A stretch of 64,000 nt of DNA from Obrimoposthia wandeli (GCA_977020255.1 CDROCS010004206.1:1-64000); one strand, 5' to 3'. Counted from the first letter of the stretch, positions 29,742 to 40,574 are shown. Numbers and translations are program-made. The notes: generated from the letters alone by a model not told the origin.

Positions 29742-31124
29742 TTGAGCCAACCAGCCAAATTTTCCTCTCTTGCGCTACCGCAAGGCATGATCGATAACCT
29801 AGACCAAATGGGTTATGTGAGCATGACACCGATTCAAGCCGAAGCTTTGCCTTTTGTTATTGAAGGCCGTGATGTATTAGCCAAAGCCCAAACCGGTAGT
29901 GGTAAAACAGCCGCTTTTGGCGTCGGTATTTTAGCCAAGCTGAACCAGCGTAACTTCGGCTGTCAGGCATTGGTTTTATGCCCGACTCGCGAATTGGCGA
30001 CTCAGGTTGCGGATGAAATCCGTACGCTTGCGCGCTACCAGCAAAACATCAAAATTCTAACCTTGTGTGGTGGCCAATCTATCGGTCCACAGATCGGTTC
30101 TTTGGAACACGGCGCACACATTGTTGTCGGTACTCCGGGTCGTATTGCTGATCACATTAACAAAGGCACGCTGGATTTAAACTCCGTCGAAACCGTTGTT
30201 TTGGATGAAGCTGACCGCATGCTAGACATGGGTTTTGTTGATGAGATCACTAAGATCATCAGCCACACGCCGTATGACCGCCAGATGTTGTTATTTTCTG
30301 CGACGTATCCAGAAGGTATTCAGTCTCTGAGTAAAGAATTTCAGCACGAGCCAGAAACCATTACCATCAAAGACGAGCAAGCAAAAAGCACGATTATTCA
30401 GCGCTTTTATGATGTGCCAAAGATGAAAGATAAAGATGAAGCCTTGCTAACCTTGTTAGGCAGCAAAGCGTCTGAGTCGACTGTGATTTTCTGTAATACT
30501 AAGTTAGCTTGTTACGACGTTTTAGAATTTTTACGCGAACGTGGCTATCACGCACTTGCTCTAATAGGTGAGATGGAGCAGCGTGAACGCGACCAGGTAT
30601 TGGTTCGTTTCTCGAATAAGAGTGCCGCTATTTTGATTGCGACTGACGTAGCGTCTCGTGGTTTGGATATCGATGATCTTGATTTGGTGATCAACTACGA
30701 TGTGACGCGTGACCCTGAAGTTCACGTTCACCGTATTGGCCGAACGGGCCGCGCGGGTAAAGAAGGTTTAGCGCTTTCGTTAATGGCGGCTTCTGAAATT
30801 AAGAAGATGTTCGCGATTAATGAATACATGAATACCAAATACGATACCAGTGATATCAGTAAGCTAAAAAGCCCTTACGAGCCAAAGAAGCCGAACATGA
30901 TTACCTTGTGCATCGATGGCGGCAAGAAGAGCAAGTTACGCCCAGGTGATATTTTAGGTGCGTTAACGGCTGGCGGTGAAGTGCCGGGCACTGACGTTGG
31001 CAAGATCAATATGTTCCCGAACCACGCGTATGTTGCTGTTGCCCGCCCTAGTGCGCGCATTGCATTGCGTTTGATTCAAGAGCAAAACATGAAGGGTCGT
31101 CGCTTCCGCGTTCGTCGCCTTTAA
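29742..31124 (+). CDS. dbpA: ATP-dependent RNA helicase DbpA
   Basis: AQTGSGKT, PTRELA, GTPGR, DEAD, SAT, HRIGRTGR and C-terminal GGKKSKLRPGDILGAL domain. Confidence 0.95.
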   Translation: MSQPAKFSSLALPQGMIDNLDQMGYVSMTPIQAEALPFVIEGRDVLAKAQTGSGKTAAFGVGILAKLNQRNFGCQALVLCPTRELATQVADEIRTLARYQQNIKILTLCGGQSIGPQIGSLEHGAHIVVGTPGRIADHINKGTLDLNSVETVVLDEADRMLDMGFVDEITKIISHTPYDRQMLLFSATYPEGIQSLSKEFQHEPETITIKDEQAKSTIIQRFYDVPKMKDKDEALLTLLGSKASESTVIFCNTKLACYDVLEFLRERGYHALALIGEMEQRERDQVLVRFSNKSAAILIATDVASRGLDIDDLDLVINYDVTRDPEVHVHRIGRTGRAGKEGLALSLMAASEIKKMFAINEYMNTKYDTSDISKLKSPYEPKKPNMITLCIDGGKKSKLRPGDILGALTAGGEVPGTDVGKINMFPNHAYVAVARPSARIALRLIQEQNMKGRRFRVRRL

Positions 31125-31216
31125 AGCATAAGAGCCTTTAAAAGCATCTAGAGCGTTGGCTTCGAACTTAAGAGCATTTAAGCTTTTGGCTTCGAATCGC
31201 CTTCGCTTGATATCGA

Positions 31217-31343
31217 TATGAGGTGTGTCGTTAGGCGGCACGCCGTGAATATGTCCCTATAGGCTCGAAGATCCCCGGTCGTTGCAGGTATTCACGCCGC
31301 TTCGCTCCCTGGGATCTAACGGCCTTAAACGCCACACCTCATA
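31217..31343. repeat. Palindromic element with 11-bp terminal inverted repeats
   Basis: tatgaggtgtg / cacacctcata ends; internal agatccc / gggatct; core cgccgtgaatatgtccctataggc. Confidence 0.8.
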
Positions 31344-31412
31344 CCGGTACGCGAAGGCTTTAAGCATCCAATATTTGTGACTATTCAGGTAGTTCAAATT
31401 AAGACACTATAA

Positions 31413-31531
31413 GATCCATTATTGGGTGTTTGTGGATCAAATATGCGAGGCATGGAGCCGAACTAAGGCTACAGGGAGAGCGAAGCGATGTATTCACGCC
31501 GTTTTGTGGAATAAATACCCATTCATTGATC
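31413..31531. repeat. Second palindromic element of the same family
   Basis: gatc..tgggtgttt / aaataccca..gatc arms; core ggcatggagcc..ggctacaggga-gagcgaagcg-atgtattcacgccg. Confidence 0.75.
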
Positions 31532-31600
31532 GGTTTATAAAACCTGCTGAACAGTTACAAATAGATTATAAATATCGACGATTAATTTAACGAGAACAAA

Positions 31601-32146
31601 ATGGCAAAGACATTACAAGAACAGCTGCTATCCATGGGGCTAACGGATAAGAAAAAAGCTAAGCAAGCTGAGAAGCAAAAAAAGAAAAACGTTAAAGAAG
31701 CCCGTAATGGCGCTGAAGTTATTGACGAAGCTAAAGTTCTCGCCGATAAAGCCAAGCAAGATAAACTCTCTCGCGATAAAGTGCTTAACGCTGAAAAGAA
31801 AGCCGCTGCCGAAGAAAAAGCCATTGGCGCGCAGATTAAACAACTGATCCAAATGAATACCATCAAGGTGAATGGCGATGTTGCCTATAACTTCACGGCG
31901 GGTACTAAGATCAAAAAGATTTACGTGGATGACGATATTCAATATCGCCTGAGCCGTGGCAGACTGGCTATTACTAGCCCAGAGCAAGACAATAAAACCT
32001 TCGTCGTTATTCCATTGGGTGTCGCTGAGAAGATTCGCCAGCGTGATCAAGATTGCTTTATTTATATCGCAGAAAGTCAGTCAGATGAAGTTGAAGAAGA
32101 TGATCCATATGCTGATTATCAGATTCCAGATGATCTAATGTGGTAA
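31601..32146 (+). CDS. DUF2058 family protein (YaiL-like)
   Basis: TLQEQLLSMGL, IKQLI, YNF...KIKKIYV, DDPYADYQIPDDLMW. Confidence 0.92.
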   Translation: MAKTLQEQLLSMGLTDKKKAKQAEKQKKKNVKEARNGAEVIDEAKVLADKAKQDKLSRDKVLNAEKKAAAEEKAIGAQIKQLIQMNTIKVNGDVAYNFTAGTKIKKIYVDDDIQYRLSRGRLAITSPEQDNKTFVVIPLGVAEKIRQRDQDCFIYIAESQSDEVEEDDPYADYQIPDDLMW

Positions 32147-32195
32147 AGGTTTCGTACAACGGATACCTATTTTCAACTTAAAGGAATAATAATAA

Positions 32196-32879
32196 ATGAT
32201 TACCCTTCACCACTTGAACAACTCACGGTCTCAACGGATTATTTGGCTATTAGAAGCGCTTGATATTGAATACACGATCAAGCACTACCAGCGTGATAAA
32301 AAGACTAGCTTGGCCCCTGCAGAGTTACTAGAGATTCACCCTTTAGGTAAGTCTCCCGTTATAACCGATGGCGACAAGGTTATTGCTGAGTCGGGCTTAA
32401 TTATTGAGTATCTTTGTGAAACCTACGGTGGTGATCAAGCTTTCATGGGCAATGATGAAAATCGTTGGGATGTGAAATATTGGTTACATTATAGCGAAGG
32501 CTCGTTAATGCCATTAATGGTCATGAAGTTGGTATTCGATAAGATTAAGTCTGCACCAAAACCCTTTTTCATTAAGCCAATAGCCAACGCAATTGTTGAT
32601 AAAGGTATGGCTGGTTATGCTGGCCCAAACATCGTCAAGAACGTTGCCTACATCGAGCAGCACTTAGCCGATAATCAACTGCACGGAAACGATTACATGT
32701 GTGGCACGCAACCAACAGCGGCTGACTTTCAAATGATTTTCCCACTGGAAGCTCTTGCAGCGAAACAGAAAGATATCGCTGAGAAATTGCCAAGCATTCA
32801 TGCCTATGTAAAACGTATTCATGCATTGCCTGCATATCAAAAAGCACTACAATCTGGTGGTCAATACGATTACGCATAA
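32196..32879 (+). CDS. Glutathione S-transferase
   Basis: HHLNNSRSQRIIWLLE, HPLGKSPV, AESGLI.EYL, WLHYSEGSLMP. Confidence 0.93.
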   Translation: MITLHHLNNSRSQRIIWLLEALDIEYTIKHYQRDKKTSLAPAELLEIHPLGKSPVITDGDKVIAESGLIIEYLCETYGGDQAFMGNDENRWDVKYWLHYSEGSLMPLMVMKLVFDKIKSAPKPFFIKPIANAIVDKGMAGYAGPNIVKNVAYIEQHLADNQLHGNDYMCGTQPTAADFQMIFPLEALAAKQKDIAEKLPSIHAYVKRIHALPAYQKALQSGGQYDYA

Positions 32880-32999
32880 GAAGTTTTAGTAATGAGTAGG
32901 TGGAGCTTCAACAAGCTCTCACCTATTGATTATTACTCTGCTAAGATAAAACAACCTGTCGTCCCCCCCTTCCAATAAGACATAAAGCCTAGACTGACT

Positions 33000-33358
33000 A
33001 TATCAGTACTCGAAGTCATCGATTTACTCAACCAATACTTTCTAAAAATGAGTCAGGTTATTCAGCGTTACAATGGAACGATCGATAAGTTCATGGGCGA
33101 TGCCAGAATTCAATATTGTGAGCCATTTAAAAAGCTATCCCGCTTTATTCATGGGCATTGGTATTAATACTGGCGAAGTTGTTGCTGGACAATTGGACTC
33201 CTATATTCATAGCGAATATACCGTAATCATATGCTCGGGTGATTAGAATGAATAAGCTTGAGCATCAATGGGAAGTAAACTTAGAATTCACCGCTATACA
33301 CCAAGAAGCGCAGGCGGCAATTAAGGATTTTGTTGATCAACAAATTGAGAGAGTGTAA
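33000..33358 (+). pseudogene. Eroded class III adenylate/guanylate cyclase gene, possibly with a C-terminal PilZ domain
   Basis: Fragments: EVIDLLNQYF..VIQRYNGTIDKFMGDA (33009-33104); shifted-frame MGIGINTGEVVAG..HSEYTVI (33148-33246); LEFTAI..EAQAAIKDFVDQ (33248-33358). Intervening parts are deleted. Confidence 0.8.
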
Positions 33359-33476
33359 TAACGAGAAACCCAGCTTAATACCCCTGTTGATTATAGCAAT
33401 ATTAGAATATTAGAGATAAAATGCGTGCAATAATTTTTCACATGGACAGTGCGAAAATGCACACCAAAAGGATTCT

Positions 33477-36400
33477 ATGCGTATCTCATTAGCTAATGCT
33501 ATTCCAACCCTCTTTTTCTCTGCCTCTCTATTACTACTTCAAGGCTGTATCCCAGAAACTGAAGAAGATCCTGAACAGACAGATAAAGGCCCCAAACAAA
33601 CGGTAGAAAACCACTTAGTTGGAGAATGGATCTATGTTGATTCCGGACGCAGCTTCTATCTGGATGCTTTCTCAGAAATAGATTTTACAGAGAAAGATGA
33701 CAACCTCATAGAAATCCCTACTGACGATGACTACAGTCGTTTTGCTATCCGTTCTGGTATAAGCAATAGCACGATTAACGGAAGCGTCTATATTCCTTCA
33801 GAATTTGCCTCCGTTAGCCCTGCTAGTTACCGGGCACTTAGTGCGCAATCATCAGGCATCAGTGGCATCGCCGGTATCGATGTAATCTTACAAAACATCG
33901 AAGATGACTCAATCAAAATTGTAACCACAACAGATGATAATGGTAACTTTAACTCCGATACTATTCCAACGGGTGATTATGCGATTACCGCCAAGAATGA
34001 GAATGGATCGTTCAAAACTGAGGCAAGTATTAGCGGCACAGATACTGATTTAGGTATTTATACCTTAAATGAAGGCGATGAATATAATTTTAAAGCGAGT
34101 ATCGACATAGGCTTTGTTTATGGAGATTACCAAGAAGTTCGAGGCAGTATCTCAGTCCATAATATCGGCACCAAACGTGGCGATGGCTTAAGCTACGACT
34201 TTACTTGTGAGCACGAATTAATAGAAAGCTGCACTATCGATAAAGAACCCGGTTCAATAAACCCTGGCTCTAGCAAATCTTTTCCAATTAAAATCAAACT
34301 TAAATACTTAACCAATGACCTTGAAAAATTTACCATCCCAGTAGTTATTCGTGATGTAAATTATAAAGAGTGGAACGACTATGTCACCTTTACAGCATAT
34401 AAACGTTTTACCAGTATTAACATCAAAGCAAACTCTTCTCGGGTTAGCGGTTATTTAATTTCACCGGGCCACCTGCCGTTAAAGATCAATACCAGTTCCA
34501 GTACAATTAAAGTTCCCTATATAACAGGAGAGCAATACCAACTAGTTTTTGCTAATACGAGTATTTCAGCAGAAACCGCTTATTCAGTAGGTATCGATAT
34601 CGCGGTTAATGATATTGAAGGGTTTGATGATACTGGGTCTTATGAACCTAACAACTCCGAAAGCGATGCTATTGCACTGCAACCTTTGCAGGCTATTTCC
34701 TCCTATCTTCATATTGGTGATGTTGATTATTACACCATCGATATGCCAGCCGACTTCACTCAGGCTGCCAATCTAGAGTTTTATTCACTAGTACCCGTTT
34801 TTGATGGTGACAGTTACGGGAATGGTGATGGCATATTGTCTAAAGGCGAAACAGTCAGGTTTGATTTTGCAATTAAGAATTCAAGCTTTATTAACGTTGA
34901 AGATGTCTTAGTCGAAATTAGTTCTGAAGATACCTACATTAGTGTCAAAAGTGTTCGAGTGTTTTCATTAAAAGACTTTGCTAGCAATACAGTTACGGAT
35001 ACAGAGGGTTACCAACAATCTCATGAATACTTTGGGAATGGCAATTCAAATGCAAATTTCTCTGCAACGGCATCCTTAGATACCCCTGAAAATCATTCAG
35101 CCACGATTAACGTTATCATGACTGACAAATTTGGTAATCAATGGAGTGATACCTTCCAAATTTCTACCCAGAAAACTGCTGCAAATTTAGTCTTTCATTC
35201 GATGTCTGAGCTATATGACGATAATTATTCTAACTATGCCAGCGGCAATAATGATTCTATCCTCAATCAAGGTGAATCAGCTCAATTCAAGTTGGCAATT
35301 GAAAATACAGGGTTATCGGCAGCAATTGATGTGGTATTAGAAATTTCTACAACAGATGCCTATTTATCAGTTGATAACAGAACAGAAGATGCCTATAGAA
35401 AAACCTCTATCAACCCTACAGCAGTTGTAGATAGTAATACCTACGAAAAAGATGGTAGATACAGTGAGCACTTTTTATCAAGAAGTTCCAGTGGAGATTT
35501 CACTGTAACAGCTGCGGCTAACACCCCAGCAGGACATAAAGCTACAATCAATCTCACAATGACTGATCAGTATGGGAATACTTGGTCGGATTCATTTGAG
35601 ATTACTGTTGAAGGTATTGCAGCGAGTCTAAATTTCATTCAATATCCGAATTATATGACGATAATTATTCCAACTATGCCATCGGCAACAATGACTCTAT
35701 ACTTAATCAAAGTGAATCAGCTCAATTCAAGTTGGCAATTGAAAATACAGGATTATCGGCAGCAATTGATGTGGTATTAGAAATTTCTACAACAGATGCC
35801 TATTTATCAGTTGATAACAGAACAGAAGATGCCTATAGAAAAACCTCTATCAACCCTGCAGCAGTTGTAGATAGTAATACCTACGAAAAAGATGGTAGAT
35901 ACAGTGAGCACTTTTTATCAAGAAGCTCCAGTGGAGATTTCACTGTAACAGCTGCGGCTAATACCCCTGCAGGACATAAAGCTACAATCAATCTCACAAT
36001 GACTGATCAGTATGGGAATACTTGGTCGGATTCATTTGAGATTACTGTTGAAGGTATTGCAGCGAGTCTAAAATTTCATTCAATATCCGAATTATATGAC
36101 GATAATTATTCCAACTATGCCACCGGCAACAATGATTCTATACTTAATCAAGGTGAATCAGCTCAATTCAAGTTGGCAATTGAAAATACAGGATTATCAG
36201 CAGCAATTGATGTGGTATTAGAAATTTCTACAACAGATGCCTATTTATCAGTTGATAACAGAACAGAAGATGCCTATAGAAAAACCTCTATCAACTCTGC
36301 AGCAGTTGTAGATAGTAATACCTACGAAAAAGATGGTAGATACAGTGAGCACTTTTTATCAAGAAGTTCCAGTGGAGATTTCACTGTAACAGCTGCTGCC

Positions 36401-36496
36401 AACACCCCGGCAGGCCACACAGCAACAATAAACCTGACGATGACAGACTCTTTTGGCAATACCTGGGAAGATACCTTTGAAATAACTTGTGAATAA
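33477..36496 (+). pseudogene. Large surface lipoprotein with tandem Ig-like repeats, frameshifted at 35630-35632 (~1006 aa if restored)
   Basis: Lipobox LQGC; YEPNNS..DA motif; four repeats. Copy 2 has gagtctAAAttt where copy 3 has gagtctAAAAttt, which explains the split into ORFs 33477-35780 and 35732-36496. Confidence 0.85.
35178..36496 (+). repeat. Three near-identical 441-bp (147-aa) tandem repeats
   Basis: Copies at 35178-35618, 35619-36058 (440 bp, one base short) and 36059-36496; a diverged copy at 34764-35177. Confidence 0.92.
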
Positions 36497-36518
36497 CTAA
36501 CTTTCTATTCCACAAACA

Positions 36519-36557
36519 AAAATGCCCTAATAAAATTCAATTTTACTAGGGCATTTT
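36519..36557. terminator. Bidirectional terminator
   Basis: AAAATGCCCTA-ATAAAATT-C-AATTTTAC-TAGGGCATTTT between convergent genes. Confidence 0.85.
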
Positions 36558-36578
36558 ACTTTCAGAATCAGTATTTAA

Positions 36579-37469
36579 TCAAAATCGCTGATCAAACCCC
36601 AAAGTAATAAAATCAGCTTTAGTGGTCTCCGAATTAACCCCATTATCAGACGTCAGCTCTTGGTGAGTAACCCCAATACTTGGGTTCAATCCCGCAACAG
36701 ATTGCTTAAATATGAATAACAGACTGTAGCGTAACGTCGAGTCTTCTTGCGATATTTCCTGATCGCTATAACTAATCAAGTCAGAGTTCAAAACACTCAC
36801 CGTATAATCTAATGGTAAAATTCGATATTCAGCATTAAACCCAATACCAAAATTTGGCGTTAAGCTAAATAAACTTTCGGCATAAACTTTATAACTGGTT
36901 TGTTGCTTACCCGTCGCTTTACTTTTAGTTTTCGCAGCCTGCTGATACTGAAACCCAGTCTCTTGCTCAACTTCTAAATCAGCACCCATTGACACACTAG
37001 CACCGGAGCGAAACGAAATCAGATTAGAGCTATAGGTAATATCAGCAGCAATGCTAGGTGTCTTGCTTGTTATTTCAACATTATTTTCAATAACGAATAA
37101 ATCTGTATTATTGCCAATGCTTAATTCGCCATAACCGAACTGAGTTTTATCAAGAGTGAGGTATTCATAATTCAAAGATCCTGCTACTTGCAGGGCGCCA
37201 AAGTCTTTCTTATATCCCAACAGCCCTAGCTGAATAAGGTCTTGCCTTATAGAAGTTGCACTACTGGTGGTCATCTCAGAACCGCCTGTATTGGTGGTGC
37301 TTGTACTTGAATAACTTAAGCTAGAAAAAAGATGTTGATTCCAAGAGAATGGCACACTAAATTCAGGTGCTGCCTTGCCCTCTTCATCAAACTGCAAATC
37401 GATATTCATACGGTCCGCAGATGCCTGCGATGCAGCCATTAATGACAATAATATTAAACGTGTTTTCAT
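36579..37469 (-). CDS. Hypothetical outer-membrane beta-barrel protein
   Basis: Signal peptide (AASQASA), alternating amphipathic strands, C-terminal LGFDQRF. Confidence 0.7.
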   Translation of the reverse strand: MKTRLILLSLMAASQASADRMNIDLQFDEEGKAAPEFSVPFSWNQHLFSSLSYSSTSTTNTGGSEMTTSSATSIRQDLIQLGLLGYKKDFGALQVAGSLNYEYLTLDKTQFGYGELSIGNNTDLFVIENNVEITSKTPSIAADITYSSNLISFRSGASVSMGADLEVEQETGFQYQQAAKTKSKATGKQQTSYKVYAESLFSLTPNFGIGFNAEYRILPLDYTVSVLNSDLISYSDQEISQEDSTLRYSLLFIFKQSVAGLNPSIGVTHQELTSDNGVNSETTKADFITLGFDQRF

Positions 37470-37520
37470 AGTGTCCTTACTACCTTGTCCTTTATTTTAC
37501 TAATATGATCTCAACGCGAG

Positions 37521-37802
37521 TTAAGAGCGATACAAAACCTGTATCAAGTGAAAACCAAACTGTGTTTTCACTGGCCCATGCACTTTAATCAATTCACTCT
37601 TAAAAACTATCTTATCAAACTGACGAACCATTTGGCCGGGTTTAACTTCCCCTAAATCACCACCCGCTTTTTGACCCGATGGGCACTGAGAAAACTGCTT
37701 TGCTAGCTTGGCAAAATCAGCGCCTTTAACGATACGATCGCGTATTCGATTGGCTTCTAAACTGGTTTTTACAAGAATGTGGCGTACACCGGCTACTGGC
37801 AT
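37521..37802 (-). CDS. ppiC: Parvulin peptidyl-prolyl isomerase
   Basis: RHILVK, FAKLAKQFSQCPSG, GGDLG, QMVRQFD, GPVKTQFGFHLI. Confidence 0.92.
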   Translation of the reverse strand: MPVAGVRHILVKTSLEANRIRDRIVKGADFAKLAKQFSQCPSGQKAGGDLGEVKPGQMVRQFDKIVFKSELIKVHGPVKTQFGFHLIQVLYRS

Positions 37803-37991
37803 GGTCGTTCCTAAAATGATCTATTTCAGCCATTTTACCAGTTATCCCCTTAAATGGCTGCTGCTACAAAATAACCTCAGAGCACATTCTTCCTACTTTT
37901 CCTGACCAGTTGGACAAAAACATGACAAAACCCCCTCACATTTGGGCTAATGTGTGTAAAAATGGAAAAAATCTCAGCCGGATCAAAAACC

Positions 37992-38618
37992 ATGTCAGTA
38001 TTTGAAATCAAACACCCTCTCGTTCAACACAAAATCAGCCTAATGCGTGCTAAAGATATGAGCACACGTAGCTTTCGTCAGCTAGCCGCAGAAGTTGGCT
38101 GCTTGCTAACGTATGAAGCAACAAAAGATTTGGAGCTAGAAGACTTTCAAATGGAAGGTTGGGACGGCGAGTTAACAGGCCAGAGATTGGTTGGTAAAAA
38201 AGCAACGGTTGTCCCTATTCTACGTGCAGGTATTGGCATGCTAGACGGTGTTTTAGAGCTTATGCCTAGTGCAAAAATCAGCGTTGTTGGTCTTTATCGT
38301 GATGAAGAAACTCTGGAGCCAGTGACCTACTTCGAAAAGCTAACCAGTGATATTAGCGAGCGTATGGCTTTAATTATTGACCCTATGCTAGCGACTGGCG
38401 GATCATTAAATGCCACTATCGACTTACTGAAAAAAGCCGGTTGTAACGATATTCGTGCACTAATATTAGTCGCGGCGCCAGAAGGTATTGCTAAGGTAGA
38501 AGCTGCTCACCCTGATGTTGATATTTATACCGCCTCAATTGATGACCATTTAAACGAGAATGGCTACATCATTCCAGGTTTGGGTGATGCGGGCGACAAG
38601 ATTTTCGGTACTAAATAG
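37992..38618 (+). CDS. upp: Uracil phosphoribosyltransferase
   Basis: [42 protein letters not shown]. Confidence 0.97.
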   Translation: MSVFEIKHPLVQHKISLMRAKDMSTRSFRQLAAEVGCLLTYEATKDLELEDFQMEGWDGELTGQRLVGKKATVVPILRAGIGMLDGVLELMPSAKISVVGLYRDEETLEPVTYFEKLTSDISERMALIIDPMLATGGSLNATIDLLKKAGCNDIRALILVAAPEGIAKVEAAHPDVDIYTASIDDHLNENGYIIPGLGDAGDKIFGTK

Positions 38619-38661
38619 TCTTTTAATAATAAAAATTAACCCTAACGTTTAAGGATTCAAT

Positions 38662-39990
38662 ATGCCTGACAACTCTTTGCCAAATACTGGCGTTGATCAA
38701 AGCAGTTTCAACCAACCGACTTGGCGCAACATGCTGGCGGGCTTACAGATGCTGTTCGTTGCCTTTGGTGCACTGGTATTAATGCCACTGATTACCGGCC
38801 TTGATCCTAGCGTTGCGTTATTCACTGCGGGGATCGGCACATTGATCTTTCAGTTTATTACTAAGCAACAAGTGCCTATCTTTTTAGCGTCTTCGTTTGT
38901 CTTCATCGCACCGATTGCGTATTCCGTTCAAACCTGGGGTGTTGCTGCGGCAATGGGTTCTTTGTTTGTTTCTGGCTTAGTCTATGTTGCGATTGCGACG
39001 CTGGTTGCAGTTCGCGGCGCTGGGTTCTTACACCGCTTGATGCCACCCGTTGTGACGGGTCCAATCATCATGGTGATTGGTTTAGGTTTAGCACCGATTG
39101 CTGTGAATATGGCGATGGGTAAAACCGGCGATGGCGCGGCTGAATTATTTCCTTATATCGATTCTTTAATCGTTTCTATGTCAGCACTACTCACAACACT
39201 TTTGGTAGCGACTTTAGGTAAAGGCATTATGCGCTTACTGCCTATTATGGCCGGCGTTCTTGTCGGCTATATTATGGCGTCAATCATGGGCATGGTGAGT
39301 ACAGAAGCCGTAGCGAGCAGTGAATGGTTTGCGATACCGAACTTCATCACTCCAGAGTTTAATATTGCAGCAATATTGTTCATGTTACCTGTGGCTATTG
39401 CCCCCGCCATCGAGCACGTGGGCGATATTTTAGCGATCGGCAGTGTAACGGGTAAAGACTATACAAAAAGCCCTGGACTGCACCGTACTCTGTTAGGTGA
39501 TGGCATCGCGACATCAACAGCCGCTTTATTAGGCGGTCCTCCAAACACGACTTATTCTGAAGTGACTGGCGCCGTAATGCTGACTAAGATGTTTAACCCT
39601 CGCATCATGATCTGGGCAGCGTGTTTCGCGATCACCTTGGCCTTTGTCGCTAAGTTTGGGATCGCATTGCAGACTATTCCTGCTCCTGTAATGGGCGGCA
39701 TATTGATTCTATTGTTTGGGTCTATTGCAGGTGTCGGTATGAACATTTTAGTGAAAGCTCAAGTCGATCTAGCCGATCAGCGCAATCTAGTGATTGTATC
39801 AACGACTCTGGTATTTGGTATTGGTGGTATGGCGATTGGTAACGCTGACTTTAGCCTGCAAGGCATTAGCCTATGTGGCTTGGTCGCTATTGCGATGAAC
39901 CTATTATTACCACAGACTAAGGTCGACGATGAGTCTCTTGTGCAAGAGCAAGCGATTGCGGAAGATCTGGTTGATCATAAACGTTCTTAA
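38662..39990 (+). CDS. uraA: Uracil permease
   Basis: QMLFVAFGALVLMPL, FLASSF, IEHVGD, GPPNTTYSEVTGA. Confidence 0.95.
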   Translation: MPDNSLPNTGVDQSSFNQPTWRNMLAGLQMLFVAFGALVLMPLITGLDPSVALFTAGIGTLIFQFITKQQVPIFLASSFVFIAPIAYSVQTWGVAAAMGSLFVSGLVYVAIATLVAVRGAGFLHRLMPPVVTGPIIMVIGLGLAPIAVNMAMGKTGDGAAELFPYIDSLIVSMSALLTTLLVATLGKGIMRLLPIMAGVLVGYIMASIMGMVSTEAVASSEWFAIPNFITPEFNIAAILFMLPVAIAPAIEHVGDILAIGSVTGKDYTKSPGLHRTLLGDGIATSTAALLGGPPNTTYSEVTGAVMLTKMFNPRIMIWAACFAITLAFVAKFGIALQTIPAPVMGGILILLFGSIAGVGMNILVKAQVDLADQRNLVIVSTTLVFGIGGMAIGNADFSLQGISLCGLVAIAMNLLLPQTKVDDESLVQEQAIAEDLVDHKRS

Positions 39991-40029
39991 AGCAGAATGT
40001 GATACCGCTCTTTATTGAACGGCATTAAC

Positions 40030-40069
40030 AAAAAAAGGCCCCTAACTGATTCAGTTAGGGGCCTTTTTT
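40030..40069. terminator. Bidirectional terminator
   Basis: AAAAAAAGGCCCCTAACTGA-T-TCAGTTAGGGGCCTTTTTT. Confidence 0.92.
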
Positions 40070-40103
40070 ATAAAGCGGTGTTAAGTAATATTGAGATCAA
40101 TCA

Positions 40104-40574
40104 CTAAGCGCTTTCTTTCAATTCTTTTTCTAAATTCATACTGGCCTTACGACGCTTTTCTGCACTGATCCAACGTGAACGTTGCTCATCAGTATTCAAT
40201 ACTAATGGCGGTACTTTTGTCGGCTTACCATCATCATCCACTGCAATCATGGTGAAGAAGCAAGTATTGGTATGACGCACTGACTTACCTTTCAAATCTT
40301 CGGCAATAACCTTGATACCGATTTCCATGGAAGTACGACCGGTATAATTCACAGTCGCCAATAGTGTTACGAGTTCACCGATAAAAATCGGCTCACGAAA
40401 TACCACTTTATCAACCGATAAGGTCACGCAATAAAAACTGCTATAACGCATGCCACAAGTGAGTGCTGCTTTATCCAGCAACTTCAATAATTCTCCACCG
40501 TGCATCTTGCCAGAAAAGTTGGCCATTCCTGGAGACACGAGCTCGGTCATTTCTGTGGTAACAATTTGTGGCAT
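40104..40574 (-). CDS. Acyl-CoA thioesterase (hotdog fold, YciA-like)
   Basis: ANFSGKMHGGELLKLLD, VTLSVD, GRTSMEIG, FTMIAVD. Confidence 0.9.
   Translation of the reverse strand: MPQIVTTEMTELVSPGMANFSGKMHGGELLKLLDKAALTCGMRYSSFYCVTLSVDKVVFREPIFIGELVTLLATVNYTGRTSMEIGIKVIAEDLKGKSVRHTNTCFFTMIAVDDDGKPTKVPPLVLNTDEQRSRWISAEKRRKASMNLEKELKESA

Noticed and set aside
31125-31210. tRNA fragment or 92-aa minus-strand ORF after dbpA
   Set aside because: Only short direct repeats (ttggcttcgaa twice); no cloverleaf, and the ORF is a by-product of the repeats.
35178-36496. CRISPR array or mobile-element repeat
   Set aside because: Repeats are contiguous, in-frame 147-aa protein domains with no unique spacers. 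The 11-bp array at 5828-5904 also lacks spacers.
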